A stretch of 63,563 nucleotides of DNA, counting the filler, from Rhabdomonas costata (Eukaryota), in NCBI GenBank assembly GCA_019059605.1. It is 25 parts of 25 records of this genome, joined end to end, with 100 filler letters (N's around TTAATTAATTAA, not from the genome) between each part and the next. Parts side by side here need not be neighbours in the genome. Positions count along the whole stretch, not along the records: positions 7,648 to 10,095 come from JAHMHO010003363.1; positions 10,196 to 12,644 come from JAHMHO010003364.1; positions 12,745 to 15,193 come from JAHMHO010003365.1; positions 15,294 to 17,741 come from JAHMHO010003366.1; positions 17,842 to 20,285 come from JAHMHO010003367.1; positions 20,386 to 22,833 come from JAHMHO010003368.1; positions 22,934 to 25,381 come from JAHMHO010003369.1; 18 more parts are not named here. One strand, written 5' to 3'. The stretch's first letter is position 1. Each line of letters begins with the position of its first letter. Of the stretch, positions 9,207 through 24,233 are shown piece by piece. A program made the position numbers and the translations under genes. The notes under the pieces are model-generated. The model was not told the DNA's origin, ran no database searches, and worked only from the letters and a program-made list of their open reading frames with translations.

Positions 9207-11684
9207 AGCATTGACAGCAGAAGGGCCCCCAGGGCAAAACAAAAAGGCTGACGGAACAAGATTTCTGAAAGGAGAGAAAAGAGTTCCGCAAAAAGTGAGC
9301 AAAGCTGCACCATAAGGAGAACCGGATCACCTAAGGGCGCATTATTCCCGGCCAAATAGAAGTGGAAAAGGCAGAACAATGTCAGAGGAACTTTGGCTGT
9401 TAGGATTCGGAAGCAGACAACTTTCTTATCGACTCATTCGAAAATGAACATGCAAATAAACGGGAAGCAATCGCATGCATCGAAAAGGCACTTGACACTG
9501 CCCCGCATTAACACAATAAATTAACGGCATAATACACAAGTTTCAAGGAAGTCAGTGACCGTCATTGCTCCCAGGGTGCGCAGACCTAGCAACAGACCTG
9601 GCATTCTCAACTTATTCTCAACGTAATTTCAACTGCAAAATAGGAAAAGGCAACGTACACAATGATGTACACGTGCTTGAACTGCGGTTCGAAACAGAAC
9701 ACGTGAAAGTTCACTTAGGACGAGCCAGACCCTCCAGAAGCCTCTGGTAGCTCCCCCGAAGAGAGCAACTTATCTTCAAAAAAATCTGAGAGGGATCTGC
9801 GGAGGAGAGGGATCTGCGGAGGACGCGCTTGACCCTGACACAAAAACCTGCTCTGCGGGAAACGAGCTTGCATCAGCTGCACTCTCCTTCGTACCAGGCG
9901 TCTGCTCAGCAGTCATCCCGGCCGGAGATAACTGTTCTTCATTTGCCTGAAGGTCGCAACTGACACTGGCTGCCTTTCCAGGGTCAATGGGCAACTCCTC
10001 AAAAGTGGGCACCTGCCCTTCAGGGGAAGAAACCGGATCGGAGGACAATTGACCTGAAGGGCAGGTGCCCACTTTTGAGGAGTTGCCCACCCACANNNNN
10101 NNNNNNNNNNNNNNNNNNNNNNNNNNNNNNNNNNNNNNNTTAATTAATTAANNNNNNNNNNNNNNNNNNNNNNNNNNNNNNNNNNNNNNNNNNNNGGTTT
10201 TGTGGATAAATGAAACTTGGGCATTGCCGAGGTGCCCGTGTGGTAGGGGCGAGAAGAAAAGGTAGAAAGATACCTAATCCTCAGCGCCGTGGACAGATGG
10301 AAGCTCCCATGCATTCACAACATACAAAACAACAGGCAAGGCGCTGGATCAACCTGCTCCAAGAAGGCTGCACAGCAAAGCACACCCGAACTGCAAACTG
10401 CCAACTTCCAGTTGAGTGATGCTGGGATGCCGTTGCCTCCAGCTTAATCAGCTCCATCAGAAAGGCCAAATTTAATATACATGTCAACATTTACCGTCCG
10501 GGGACGTCCATCAGAAAGTCCAAAATTTAATATACATGGCCCCAGAAAAATTTCTCTCACCAATCACTGCAAATCAATGATGAAGAGTGATAACATTGGA
10601 TACGAATCACCAACGAAAACTAGGATTACAAGCGTTGCATTCGGAAGAACGCAGCTTTGCGTCTGAAATATCACTAGAAACCCCAGAATCTCAACCTATT
10701 ATTCGAGGCTTTTTGACAAAATGTGAAAAACAAACAAAATGGGACATAGGGGAGATTAATTCTGCAAGCTATGTGTGTGTGTGTGTGTGGGACAGATTAG
10801 ACAAAGAAAGATTGCAAAAATGGAACTGCTCCGCTGCTCCGCGCAAACAGCAAAAAGGTGCACAAGTAGGCTAGTGAGGATTAACAAAACATTGAGGCTG
10901 TTCTGATGGGAGGGACGTTATTTGTTAAGCTCAGACGAAGTTCATTTTTCTCTTGGTGGGTATGGTGACCGTTACCATGGCAACATGTCACCATGGATCA
11001 CCTCTCGTTTCTGTCGAAGAGTTAAGAATGGTTGGCGAAACTCCATCTCACTGCAAAGGGCGGGTACTCCGGCAGAAACCCATAACCACTGTTTCACTCC
11101 CTATGAAGCAAAAGCGAATCCAGCGATCCAAAGGTCATCTGTGAAGCACATACGGGAAAGGGGAAGCATGACAGTCAAAACACAGCAAGGCCACAACGGG
11201 AGCTAAGGGGGGAGGGTACCTTCCTTCACGGGTCATGTGAAAGAGGAGAGGCACAAGAGCAAAATGACATGCTCCGCACTCGCGGATCGAAAACAAGAGG
11301 GGGTGTCGGGGGCATGGAGGGACAGAGGGAGGGAGGGAGTCTGCCTAGTGCTGTGGAAGAGAAAAGCACGGCCTCCCAAAATCCCAGGGGCCTCAACTTT
11401 GCCCACCGTCCACCTCTTCAGCTTCCCTCTAAACTATCCCTTCCCCCCACCGGCCATCCCGCACGAAGAAAGCGCTGACCACGTCAAGCCAAAGGAATGG
11501 GCACTGGTGCCTTCACAATGTGTAGGGAGCCCCCAACGGACCTCTTCTCCACCCCTTCCATTTCTCAAACACACACTGCACTCTACCGAATGAGCTGGGG
11601 TTTTGGGCGCTGCCTTCGCCGCCCATTCTCCTTCGAAATCGGCCTTGAAGGCCTTTCCCTCTCTTTTGCCCTCTCTCCTCACGC

Positions 11685-12586
11685 TCACTCGCGACGCTTG
11701 AAGAACAACAGGTAGGCATCGGAGCTGACGATCTCTTCCCCTTCGCCGCACTGGCTGGTCCAGCTGTCGTTGAAGTTCACCCATGTCCCCTCCACCTTGC
11801 CGTGCGCCGTGTAGTGGCCCCCGCAGAGGCTACCGCTATGTTTCTAAAGGCAAAAAGCCAGAACAACCGGAACAAGAAAACCCAAGAAAAGCCCTAGAAA
11901 GGCAATGGACCTCACGCTCCATCCACATCTCCTACCGAACAGCTGGAGGCCCTGGTCAGCGGCAAACGGGAAACGAAAGACCAAAAATACAGAGACACGG
12001 TATCCAACCGAGACTGCGTAGAGGTTGTAGACGGCCTCCCCAGGAGCCCTCTGCGGAGCCCCCTCGCTGAGCCACTGCGACAGATCCAGGCCTTCCACGG
12101 AAAACCGCACCAGATTGTCCAGCTTGGTGCCTAGCCCAAAGCGCCCCGTGAACTGGAACCTGGGGAATACAAAAACAAGGAAGAAAGGAAAGGAAAGGGA
12201 AGCGAAGGGAAGAGGTGGGGAGAGCTGTTGTTTGGTTCTGCTCGCATCCGTCATGAGCGTGCCTGCTTGATGGCAGGTATAAATGTGGGTGTGAGTTGGT
12301 GACATACGTCGATCACAGGTGGAAACCAAAACGCAGTCGAAGCCAACGGGAGTGCAACGGACAGCAAGAGAAGTGCAGCTATTGGGTTTGCAGAGGTGTT
12401 CTGAAAGTATATCCATTCAGCATTCAAGACCTGCGGTTCCTGAGGGGTCAACGAGGGGGGGGGGGTGACAAGAGGAAGCCGAACAAAGAGGCAAACCGCT
12501 TGAGATGCACAATCAGCAGCTTGGGCATCTTCCACAGCTTGAACTCCTTATAGGCCCTGCGATGCTCCTTGCAGCTCGGGCAGTAC
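11685..12586 (-). CDS. Ubiquitin-specific protease (peptidase C19, USP4/11/15-like), C-terminal exons
   Basis: Exons 12586-12497, 12159-12009 and 11843-11685: [72 protein letters not shown]. The His box and Asp motif are intact. Confidence 0.95.
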
Positions 12587-12785
12587 CTGAGCGCATCACA
12601 TCGACCCGTGACACACAAGATGGAATACAGAAAGCCCACCACCCNNNNNNNNNNNNNNNNNNNNNNNNNNNNNNNNNNNNNNNNNNNNTTAATTAATTAA
12701 NNNNNNNNNNNNNNNNNNNNNNNNNNNNNNNNNNNNNNNNNNNNGTGGGGGTGTCTGCTTTATGTCGATTTGTTTCGCAAGCCGT

Positions 12786-14947
<2,162 letters not shown>

Positions 14948-16917
14948 TAACAGGTGTGAATACGCCAAAGGGTACCATTCCTCTGTCTTCGAGTCCAACA
15001 ACTGCGCCAGAGCGCGAAACATCAAACTGCAATATACAGAAAAGTTAGAACAGTTTTGGGTCAAGGGGAGTGGCGCGTGCTGTGGTGCGGCAGCTGGCGC
15101 GGGCCAGGCAGGTAGCCTGACCTTGCACGGCTTCATCGTGTTGAGTGGGCTCGCCCGTGAGCATGGGGTGCCAGTGATGCATACCCAACCACANNNNNNN
15201 NNNNNNNNNNNNNNNNNNNNNNNNNNNNNNNNNNNNNTTAATTAATTAANNNNNNNNNNNNNNNNNNNNNNNNNNNNNNNNNNNNNNNNNNNNGTGTTTG
15301 CAATCTGGCGAATTTGGTAGACTTGGGGTTCCATTCATCTGCTCATGTGTGTGTGCGCGCACACGCACACACACTTCGTTGGGTATAAAGGGAAGGTATT
15401 GATAAAGGTATTGACAAAGAAATTTCCCTTGCTACCTCAAAAGGGAGAGATGAGAAAAGTATTGCCAAAAAAAAAGTCAGGTTTTGGACTCACAGAGGGA
15501 TTTAGGACAGTAAAATGTCTTCCAATGTAAACCTTGACTGCACGGTTACGTCTTTTACGTTCAAGGCGCCATAATGTGGTGTCCGGTGTCCGTTTTCTTT
15601 CAAGGTGAGTTTGTCTGTGTTTTTTCACCTCTGACTTTTGACGTGGCACAGGCCAAATTGGTAGGTGCCGAAATTGATTTTAATTTAACGTAACTGTTCG
15701 AATAGTAGCCCTTCGAACAGTCGACCCCCCCCAAAAAAAAATATTGGCCCGACTACTAATAGAACATTTACGGTATATTCATGGTCTAACAGGTGACGAG
15801 GGAGCCGATTTTCGCCTGGTTGACCACCGCTGTCGCCTGCCCGGCCCTTTCCAAAGTGAATGCGTAGCTTGTCGTTGAAGTTCAGCCTTGACCCCCTCCC
15901 CCCACCGCGGCCCTTTCGGGCAAAGCTCTCTTTTCTGAGCCTGCCGATGGCGGGATTTGCTGGAGGCCTCCATTTTCGCGGCAGGTGAACTACCAGGGCC
16001 CGTGCGAGTGGCACGAGGTGCTGTGGCTACGGCCCCTCCCCGCGCCTGCCGACTCCAGCCAGTTCGTGGTGTGCATGCGCAGTAATTCATGCTTTTGCCC
16101 CTGACCGTTTGGTATGGGTTTGTCATGGTCATTACCCCTTCGGCCACCCCCTTCTCACTGCTTTTCTCACCATCTCGCGCGGAGAAGCGGAAGGAGAGGC
16201 GATACTAGGATGAGCAGCCGAAAGTGGCGAGATTCCCTCCCTCGTTCTCTGCAAATTACCCTGTAAGGCACACCTCAACTCTTGGTTCTTCTGCATTTAA
16301 CAGTTCGAACAGGCCACGAGGGATAATGAAACTCTCTTGAAACGGCTGCATTCAGGCATCTTTTAAGACACCAACCTCTGTTATGGTTTTTAATGAGACT
16401 TGGACAAGAGCGAAGGGGGGTGGGGGGCGTCCTCTGTACGTCCGGTTAGCCCCCCCCCCGGCACGGGCAAGTCTTTGCCATGGCACCATAACCTCATGAC
16501 CGCCTCTCGGAAGCACGCTTTCGACGCCTTCCTGAATCTGTATCACTGATTGACTGCCTTTCCTGTTTTTCTTTTCGTTCAATCCTTTTTAAGAAAAGGG
16601 GGGTCGTAAACGGGAGGATGGGGGTCACACAAGTTGATCTGGGCCTTGGGTTCTATTAAGCACCTGCTGTATATGGGTCGTCGTACTCGCTACGAGCATT
16701 GTGGCTCAACAGGCACACGCAATAACAAGTTGTCGGTGGATTGATTGCATCGGAGAAAGGAAGAAATGGAAGACCCGGAGGAAAGGATCAAATGAAATCA
16801 AATGAAATGCTTTTTGTCCTCAACCCCCTGACAAGCTCCAAGCGATGGTGAAGAAATAAAAACAACTAAATGAATCTTCTGTTGAAATAGATTTTTCGTG
16901 GGTTGCTTTACCGCAGA

Positions 16918-17741
16918 GGTTCACCGTGGATTCTAAGCTGGACAAGGGGCTTCATGAGAAGGAGATTGTGGAAATCATTGCCTTGGAGGGGTCCCCATTC
17001 TCAGGTGAAGGCAGGGACCCGCCCACGGTCTGCCTCCACGACCGCGACGCTCTGGCCAGGCTTCAGCGTGAGGGAGGGCATGTAGCCGCCTTGGCGAAGG
17101 CCCACGCTGACCTTTGTGCGAAGTTGAAGGTGTGCTAGCCGCTGTGTATGTATGCTTTCACTTTGCTTTCTGGAAACTACGCTGACTGCGCTCATAGAAG
17201 CTGTCACCACTTGCCGATGTAATATTACAAAGAGAGAGAAGATTCACCGCACATTCACCGGGTTCCGGGTCCATTGTGCAATCTCGGAAGTACTTTTTGG
17301 GATGTTTGGCCAGTGGGTCATGCATATAGGCAGGTGCATTCACGTTCACACTGAGTTGTATTTCCAAAGAAATCGCAAAGGACGTCAGCGCGACACAGGG
17401 TCATGTCTGCTTTGCATTTTCATTCACTGTTTTTTTTCCACTTTGGGTGTAACTTGGAAAACCTCGGCGTTTCGGAAAATCATGCTCTTTGGTTTGGCTG
17501 GTGAGGTGAAACAGGGCACCGTTTAGCCACAGATGAGGAGCAATGGTGTTCCGGCACTTGGCGGCCCTGGGTTTCAGGGACGGCGGGCCATGAAGCGTGC
17601 CCCAGACTCGAGGGAGGCCGTGGAGCTTGCCGAGGTGGCATCTGGCCTTCAGGAACTGCTAGACAGGAACCCCTCAAAGGGGCTCCAAGCGGAGGTGCTG
17701 CTGAGCTTGGCGCAGGCTTTGGAGCTGCAGGGGCGCCGACC
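16918..17741 (+). CDS. Hypothetical protein, two candidate exons (about 16918-17129 and 17533-17741)
   Basis: GC-rich open blocks bounded by cag| and |gtgtgc that join in phase 0. No recognisable domain. Confidence 0.45.
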
Positions 17742-18699
17742 NNNNNNNNNNNNNNNNNNNNNNNNNNNNNNNNNNNNNNNNNNNNTTAATTAATTAANNN
17801 NNNNNNNNNNNNNNNNNNNNNNNNNNNNNNNNNNNNNNNNNGGTGGTTGGGGAAATTTCGCCCATAGGATTCTTCGCTGAGGAGACGCTCGCATCAGATT
17901 GTGGAGCGCTTTGCTCCATTTGGCGTTGAGCAGCTCGTGTTGTTGTCGCCGCTTTTTCTGCTCTGTCATTGCGTTTGGGCTGTCGGTCAGGAAAGGGCTT
18001 CTTCTTTTTGCTTCCGCGATTAGATCTGGTGGCGGACGTCTCCTGACTGCCACACGCAGAAGGCGTAACGGATGATGCTTCACTGGAAGGTCTGTGTCCA
18101 CAGGGACGGTGGAGTTAGCGGACGGAGGAATTGGGGCACTGGGCGGCGGCATCAGCCTCGGGGCCAGCTCGTCGGGGGCTTCCTCTGGCTCAGCTTCAGC
18201 TTTGCGTTTTCCCTGAGTGGCATCGTGATCCTTTGCGGTTGCGAAGGCCCAGGAAGATGCGTTACTCGTTCTGCAGTGCAATCGGCGTATGCCTGTAGCG
18301 GAAGAGTCAGCGCCCCAATCGGATAGTTGCCCGTAGGTTGCAGAGCATTATCGGGTAAATTTCCACTTGCCAGAATGAGACTTTCTGAAGCGGCCATATT
18401 TCTATTGATCTCATCAATCTGCTCTTTGGCGAGCCTGGGACGGCCCAACACGTCCATCACAGCGTTAACGGCATGGATACAGAGCAACACAGAACCCGCA
18501 CCACAGAGCAACAGCTCCCGCTGGGCGGAGGAATTATAGGATGATGGCGAGACGGGAAAAGTGGTTGCTCCCGGCCGAACTTGGCGGCGGTAGAATCAAC
18601 CAGCTTCTCAGCGCGTGAATCCTCAGAATGTTGTCCTCGAATCGGCGCGCCTACTTATGGTCACGACGCGGATTGGAGGACACAAACGATGTCCAGGAC

Positions 18700-19830
18700 T
18701 GCTTCAGAGCGGACTTGGGACATCCTCGAAGAAGAAGACCGCGAGTGTAGTACTCTACGGCTTTCTTGAAGCTGAAGACCGTGTTGCAGACTGCCGCTGC
18801 TCTTTGTCCAGGGAGTGTGACAGCTGGTGTAATTGATATACTTCTTTAGTTCCCAAGACCAGCCCTCCCCTTTCGGCCAAACCTCCATGTATAGCCCCCG
18901 CGGCTGCCTCTTCACAAGCATCCCCAGGAAGACTGCCGCATTGCCAGGCGAGGAAGTCGTGTCTTTGTGCCCCATCCCATAATCCAAATCCTCCCAGCGA
19001 CGGTCACCAAACCCGTGGAGATCGTCATGGATCAAAGCCGCGCTTCTTCAACCTTTCCGTTTGCCAGAAGACGATTCCACCGAGTAACAGACTTGTCCGC
19101 ATAGGTGACCACCATGGCATGATGAAGACGCTTCAGCTCCAGTTGAGCAGCAGTGGAGTTCTCCAGAGCAGCACGGGCGTCCGCAGTGGGCAAGTGCTGT
19201 TGGATCGGGACCGAATGGATGTGAGAAGCGACTCCTTCCATTCAGAGAAATCGGCTTGTGCACGGCAGCTGCTGATGTACTCGTTGATACCTTCGACCAT
19301 GGCTGGATACACGCTGGCGAGGTGATACTGAGAACAATATTTCCGGCCCTTAGCCAAAAGAGCACGGAGAAGATCATCGTCAATGTTACTGGGATCCGCT
19401 GAAATAGTATGTCCTTCGTCGGATAAGCTGGAAGCTGTCTTCCATTTCTGGCAAACACTGGGGTCAGGAATAGTTGACTTGTGCTGCTAAGCTCGGGACA
19501 CCGACTAATGACAGAGTAATTTGCCAGCTGCAACCCAACAGGATGGTTGAGTTTGTACGAAATTCGAGTGGCGGCCTTCATGTCTGGCAAACGGTGAAGG
19601 CTGAGAACATCTTACCGGCGTAGGAGCTGATCCAAGTTGATCTCTTTTAGCTCGTCACGTCTCCATGGTATTTTTAAGTAATTGTCTTTGCTCTTGCGCT
19701 TTTTCGGGTGCGGAGCTTCAATAGGTCCCATCAAATCGTCAGCTCCATCCTTCTTCTGTCGTGAGTTTAGCGCTTCAAACACCATCAAAGTTTCCTTGGA
19801 CAACTGAACGTTTAGATCCAATGCTTCCAC
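18700..19830 (-). mobile_element. Decayed Penelope-like retroelement (RT N-terminal region plus palm/thumb remnants), frameshifted and internally deleted
   Basis: Across several frames: LKIPWRRDELKEINLDQLL, ISYKLNHPVGLQLANYS, GHTISAD..LLRALLAKGRKY, LKRLHHAMVVTYADKS (DKG-like motif), IHDDL, VFLGMLV, YINYTSCH..WTK and RAAAVCN..F..LLLRGCP. This motif order matches PLE reverse transcriptases. Confidence 0.75.
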
Positions 19831-20401
19831 CTTAAAACACACACGCACACACCATGTGCACAAGGCATTGTTTTGGTGGAGGACACACATACACAAGGTC
19901 GATTGCGAGGCGGGCTTCTGAAAGATGCTCCTGCTTCCCGTGCTCTTCTGCTCCCGTGCTCTTCTGCTGGGCGGAAGTCCTCAGAAACCTCGCGGGAGCA
20001 TTCGAACCGCGTTTTGATGGGCGCCCACACACATCCAATTGTGTTGCTGGAGAGCTCAATCATGGGCGCGAGAAAAACACACACCCAGGATAACCCAACA
20101 ACACAGTCATCAATTCAATAATCGTTGAACTCCGAACACACCTTCCACCAACTGGGTCAGAATGTCGTCGTCAGAAAGTTAGTGACTGCTCTCCACAACT
20201 TCGGGCTCAATTTCGCCACAAGCACATCTTTAATATGCAATCAGCAGCACACACCCACACCCACCACCCCACACACACCCACCACNNNNNNNNNNNNNNN
20301 NNNNNNNNNNNNNNNNNNNNNNNNNNNNNTTAATTAATTAANNNNNNNNNNNNNNNNNNNNNNNNNNNNNNNNNNNNNNNNNNNNGTGTTTGTTGTGATA
20401 C

Positions 20402-22365
20402 CATTTCCAGAGCGCGGTTGTTGTCCTTGAGCTGGGCGATTTCGTGCTCGCGGGCAAGGATGAGATTCTGCATCTCCGAGACCTTCCCCGCGGCCCCGGC
20501 GCCTTCCGCGGCGTGGTGCGCCTGCAGCTGCACCAGCTCGAACTCCCGCCGCAGCTCCTCCACGTGGGCGCGCAGCTTCTGGTACTTCGCCTCCGTCACT
20601 ACGGCAACGGCACACACATATATCCAAAAGATTTGGGGATGAGACAACTGCTACATCAACGAGCCTACCTATGGATATTTTCCAAGAAAATGGAAAGCAG
20701 ACCCTGTCTGCGGCCGACAGAGGCCGCGACGGCGGCGCTTGCGGGCTCGGACTTCTCCCGCCTGGCCAGCTCGAAGTCCAGCTTGCTGTTCAGTTGCATC
20801 AGCTTCTTCCTTTTTCCGTTTGATTTGGGGTGATGTGAGAGGGGCACAAGCGGGAGCTTGTGAGAGAGCCCCCAGCGCCCGTTTGATCCAAAAAGTAGAG
20901 CAAGGCTGCGTGCGCGTAAAACAGACGCACGGGCGCGCGCAAGCTCAAGGAGTATACAGGAGAGCCAGGCATCCAACCACCGCAAGCGCCACAAGCAGTG
21001 GCGTGCACTTGCACCAAATGTGTGAGAGAACGCGTGATTTCAGGCAGCTCCCCAGCAGAAGGGATTGACCAGCTCTTTCTTGGTTCCCGGGATAAAAAGG
21101 CATAACCACAGCCAACTGCCAATTGTAAACCAAAATCTGGTAAAACGAAACAGAATCGTCCGCACTGTGCAAACGAAGCCCTGCCAGAACACATGGGTAA
21201 ATTTGCAGCAATTTGTGCCCGCGTATGGTTCAGCGTAATCGGCGCGGATCAGCCCCCTGGCGCCAAAACCAGTTGGGGTAGGATCTCTTCGCAGTGCGTG
21301 AAGGAGGCTGCGAGGGGGGGGGGGGTAACTAGACCTCAGGTCCTCGTTGGCCTGCTTCAGCTTCCGAACTGCGGCGCTCTCGGATCCGCCGCCATTTGGA
21401 GCATCCCCTCCAGTGGACGGTCTAAAGAGCGAAGTAGTGTGTACACTATAACAGGGAGATGCACAACACGACCCCGGAAACCACGACTCAGAAAAATAGT
21501 AAATGTCCAATGTCGACAGTCCGGCCCAAATGGCCGCGAAGAGTGGAGAGGGTGTTTGTGGTGGGAAAAGCAATAAGAAACCACAGAATAGGAGTGGGGG
21601 TGCGACTGAGAAAACGTGAAGCGAGGTGCAACGGGCAATAATTAAGAAGCACAACGGAGAAGCACAGGTGCTCAGCAAAGATTGCATCCACTTCGTTAGA
21701 CTGTTCTCCGCGAACATCACTTCTGAACAGCAAACAGAAGTGGACCCTCCTACAGGCTTGCGGCAAGTTTGGAAAGCAGAGGGGGGAACAGTGGGCGCGG
21801 GAAAGCGTAGCAATTTGGGAGGAGGGAGGGTGAGAAACCGCCCCGCTTCGTCGGCGTCAGCAAGAGTCAGCCGCGGCTCCTCATCTGAGAGGCGAGAGGA
21901 AAATCTGACAATCCGAGAATTCTGCACGCAATCATAACTAAATGCACCCACCGCAAGCGGTGCCAGCAGATGCTTGGCTGCACTCCAGCGTGGGTGAGAC
22001 GTGTGCCACTGCAAACATACCCAAACTGCACCAAAACGGCTCGGCTGCGCAGTGTCAGTGTCAGCGGCAATTTGTGTGGAGATGGGTGAAATAATTTAGC
22101 ACGCTTCGCATTAGAATAAAATTTTCGGCGTTCAATCAAGAAACATGTGAAACAACAACGCACCGATGCGAGCTGGGAACACATCCCATTTCAATTAAAT
22201 TTTCCTTTTATGCTATTAAGACCAAAACGTCAAGGTTAGGGGCAGGACAATATGAAGGGGGAAGGCAACACACGCAACACACCTAAACGGGTGGCGGCCG
22301 CCCGGGCAGGAGACTGGGCACTGGTGGGCGAGGCCTTCGCGGAGGACTTGGGCGTCCCACTCCTG
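20402..22365 (-). CDS. Coiled-coil protein (partial, multi-exon)
   Basis: Phase-compatible GT-AG exons: AVRKLKQANEDLR|KKLMQLNSKLDFELARRE..|VTEAKYQKLRAHVEELRREFELVQLQ..EHEIAQLKDNNRALEM, with a heptad pattern. Confidence 0.7.
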
Positions 22366-24233
22366 CACACGTGCAACCACACCACATCAAACACCGGGAC
22401 AGGTTCACCCCTGAACAGATAAGTTAAAATGGTAAAAAAAAAACAGGCGATGCCCTGTGACTCAACCATAATTTGCACCATTCGAGATTTCCTCAGAACA
22501 GCTCTTCAGCCGAAAGTCTCCTTTCCCGAGGGGTCCTGCACACAGCCGTCAACCACCCCACCATAAAAAAGGCATTGATATGACCGGCTGGAAGTGAAGA
22601 GTGCACGCTTAATCGTTCATCAGAACCGTGGCTTTGACGGAAGCACACATACAAACATACTCACTCCACAGCCTTCGCCCGTAAAGCAGAAAGAGGGACC
22701 ACAGAGCGCGATTCAGACAGGAAGGAGGCAACAGAAGGCCTTCTATTCTCCACGCACAGCAGAGCAGGGCAGTAGTACCGGGAGGAGTACGACGAGCCCG
22801 ACGCGGACCGCGAGCTGCCCGAGCCCACAACACNNNNNNNNNNNNNNNNNNNNNNNNNNNNNNNNNNNNNNNNNNNNTTAATTAATTAANNNNNNNNNNN
22901 NNNNNNNNNNNNNNNNNNNNNNNNNNNNNNNNNGTTTGTTGGGGGGGGGGTTCTTGGAACTGTTAAACGTTTAACACCGTTAACATAGACTGAATTTTTG
23001 GTGCTCAAAAAGTCATTTTCCGAGCACGGTGGTTGGGATATGCCTGCACTCTGCACTCACTCGGTGATGTTTTCCTTTGCGATGGAGGGTTAGGGGAACA
23101 GCCCCTCCGGCGCCCGAGGTTTTAAGTTAAAAGAATTTAGACCGTTTAACGGTGGGTGATTGGAATGGGGGCAGCAAGAGAAGCAAGGGGCAAGGGAAGA
23201 TGCGATGAGAACCTAAAAAACACTCGAGATGGGTCAAGCCGCAGCTGCATGCAACATTTCACCACTAATGATTGTCAGATCAAAATTGACGGGCACGGAA
23301 GGGGAGGTACACACTTTCGTGGCCCAAGCTAGCTGCTGGTCCCGGCGGTGAGCGTACCCCACAGAGAGCCGACTGCCGCAATCCCGGGTGATGCTCATGA
23401 CGGGCATCCTTTGACGCCCAAAGCGGGTCTATGGACGTAAGACGTGCTATAGCGGCATTTTTAATGAGGAATACCGAACGAAAAATGAGAGAACACGATG
23501 CCTGAAACCAAGGGGAAGCGGAAGGGAGCATTCAGCTCAATTGATGACCCAAACGAGAAACGATCAAAATGAAAAGGGCATAATTTAACCAGCTCAAAGC
23601 ATGGGTAGAAGCGCACCCCAGACCCAGGAAACAAGTGTTTTTGACTGTTCGGAAAGCCCTGAAGTCGTCACACCATACAATGCGACATGAAATGCTCTGA
23701 CCTTACAAGTGCGTCAACCCATTTTTTCTCAGCATCCAGCATCCGACGTGGCCCCATTGGTCTCTTACAGTCCTGAGCTCGATTTCTATAAAATTTTGTG
23801 CACAAAAAAGTAAGGAGTCCGTGGGACCTCGAGTGGCCGACGTTCCGGGACATTCGGTAAGGACCCAAGGACAATCCTAAGTACTCGGCTCTCAGGACCG
23901 AACACTGAAGGTTGTATTGCCGTTGCTGGGCTATAATGCAAATTGTGGGGAATCAGCAGTGCTATTCAACACTAACATTAATATTGCTGAATCGAACTCT
24001 TGCCAAGTATTCGAATGTGATCTTCGATTCAGAGATTCTTTTTGAGACAGTTCGACACCCTTCCGACAGAGAAGGTACATCTCAGACAGTTTCTTTCCCA
24101 CATAGCACCGAGATTAACAAAAAAACAATGTCACGAGAGAAAGATTTAAGGGCAGGCAGCACTGCGCGAAAGTACACCGCACCGACCAAGTGTCACGAAG
24201 GCAGAATCAGCTGGATAGGGTACATTCACCATC

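Noticed and set aside
10578..10666. Possible box C/D snoRNA (ATGATGA...CTGA) containing the 5.8S-like 12-mer GAAGAACGCAGC
   Set aside because: There is no terminal stem, the rRNA match is in sense rather than guide orientation, and such short motifs occur by chance.
21040..22014. 324-aa ORF as a single gene
   Set aside because: It reads through introns of the coiled-coil gene; only short exonic blocks look coding.
23280..23900. Non-LTR reverse transcriptase remnant (AEYLGLSLG)
   Set aside because: Only one short motif, with no YxDD or other supporting blocks.
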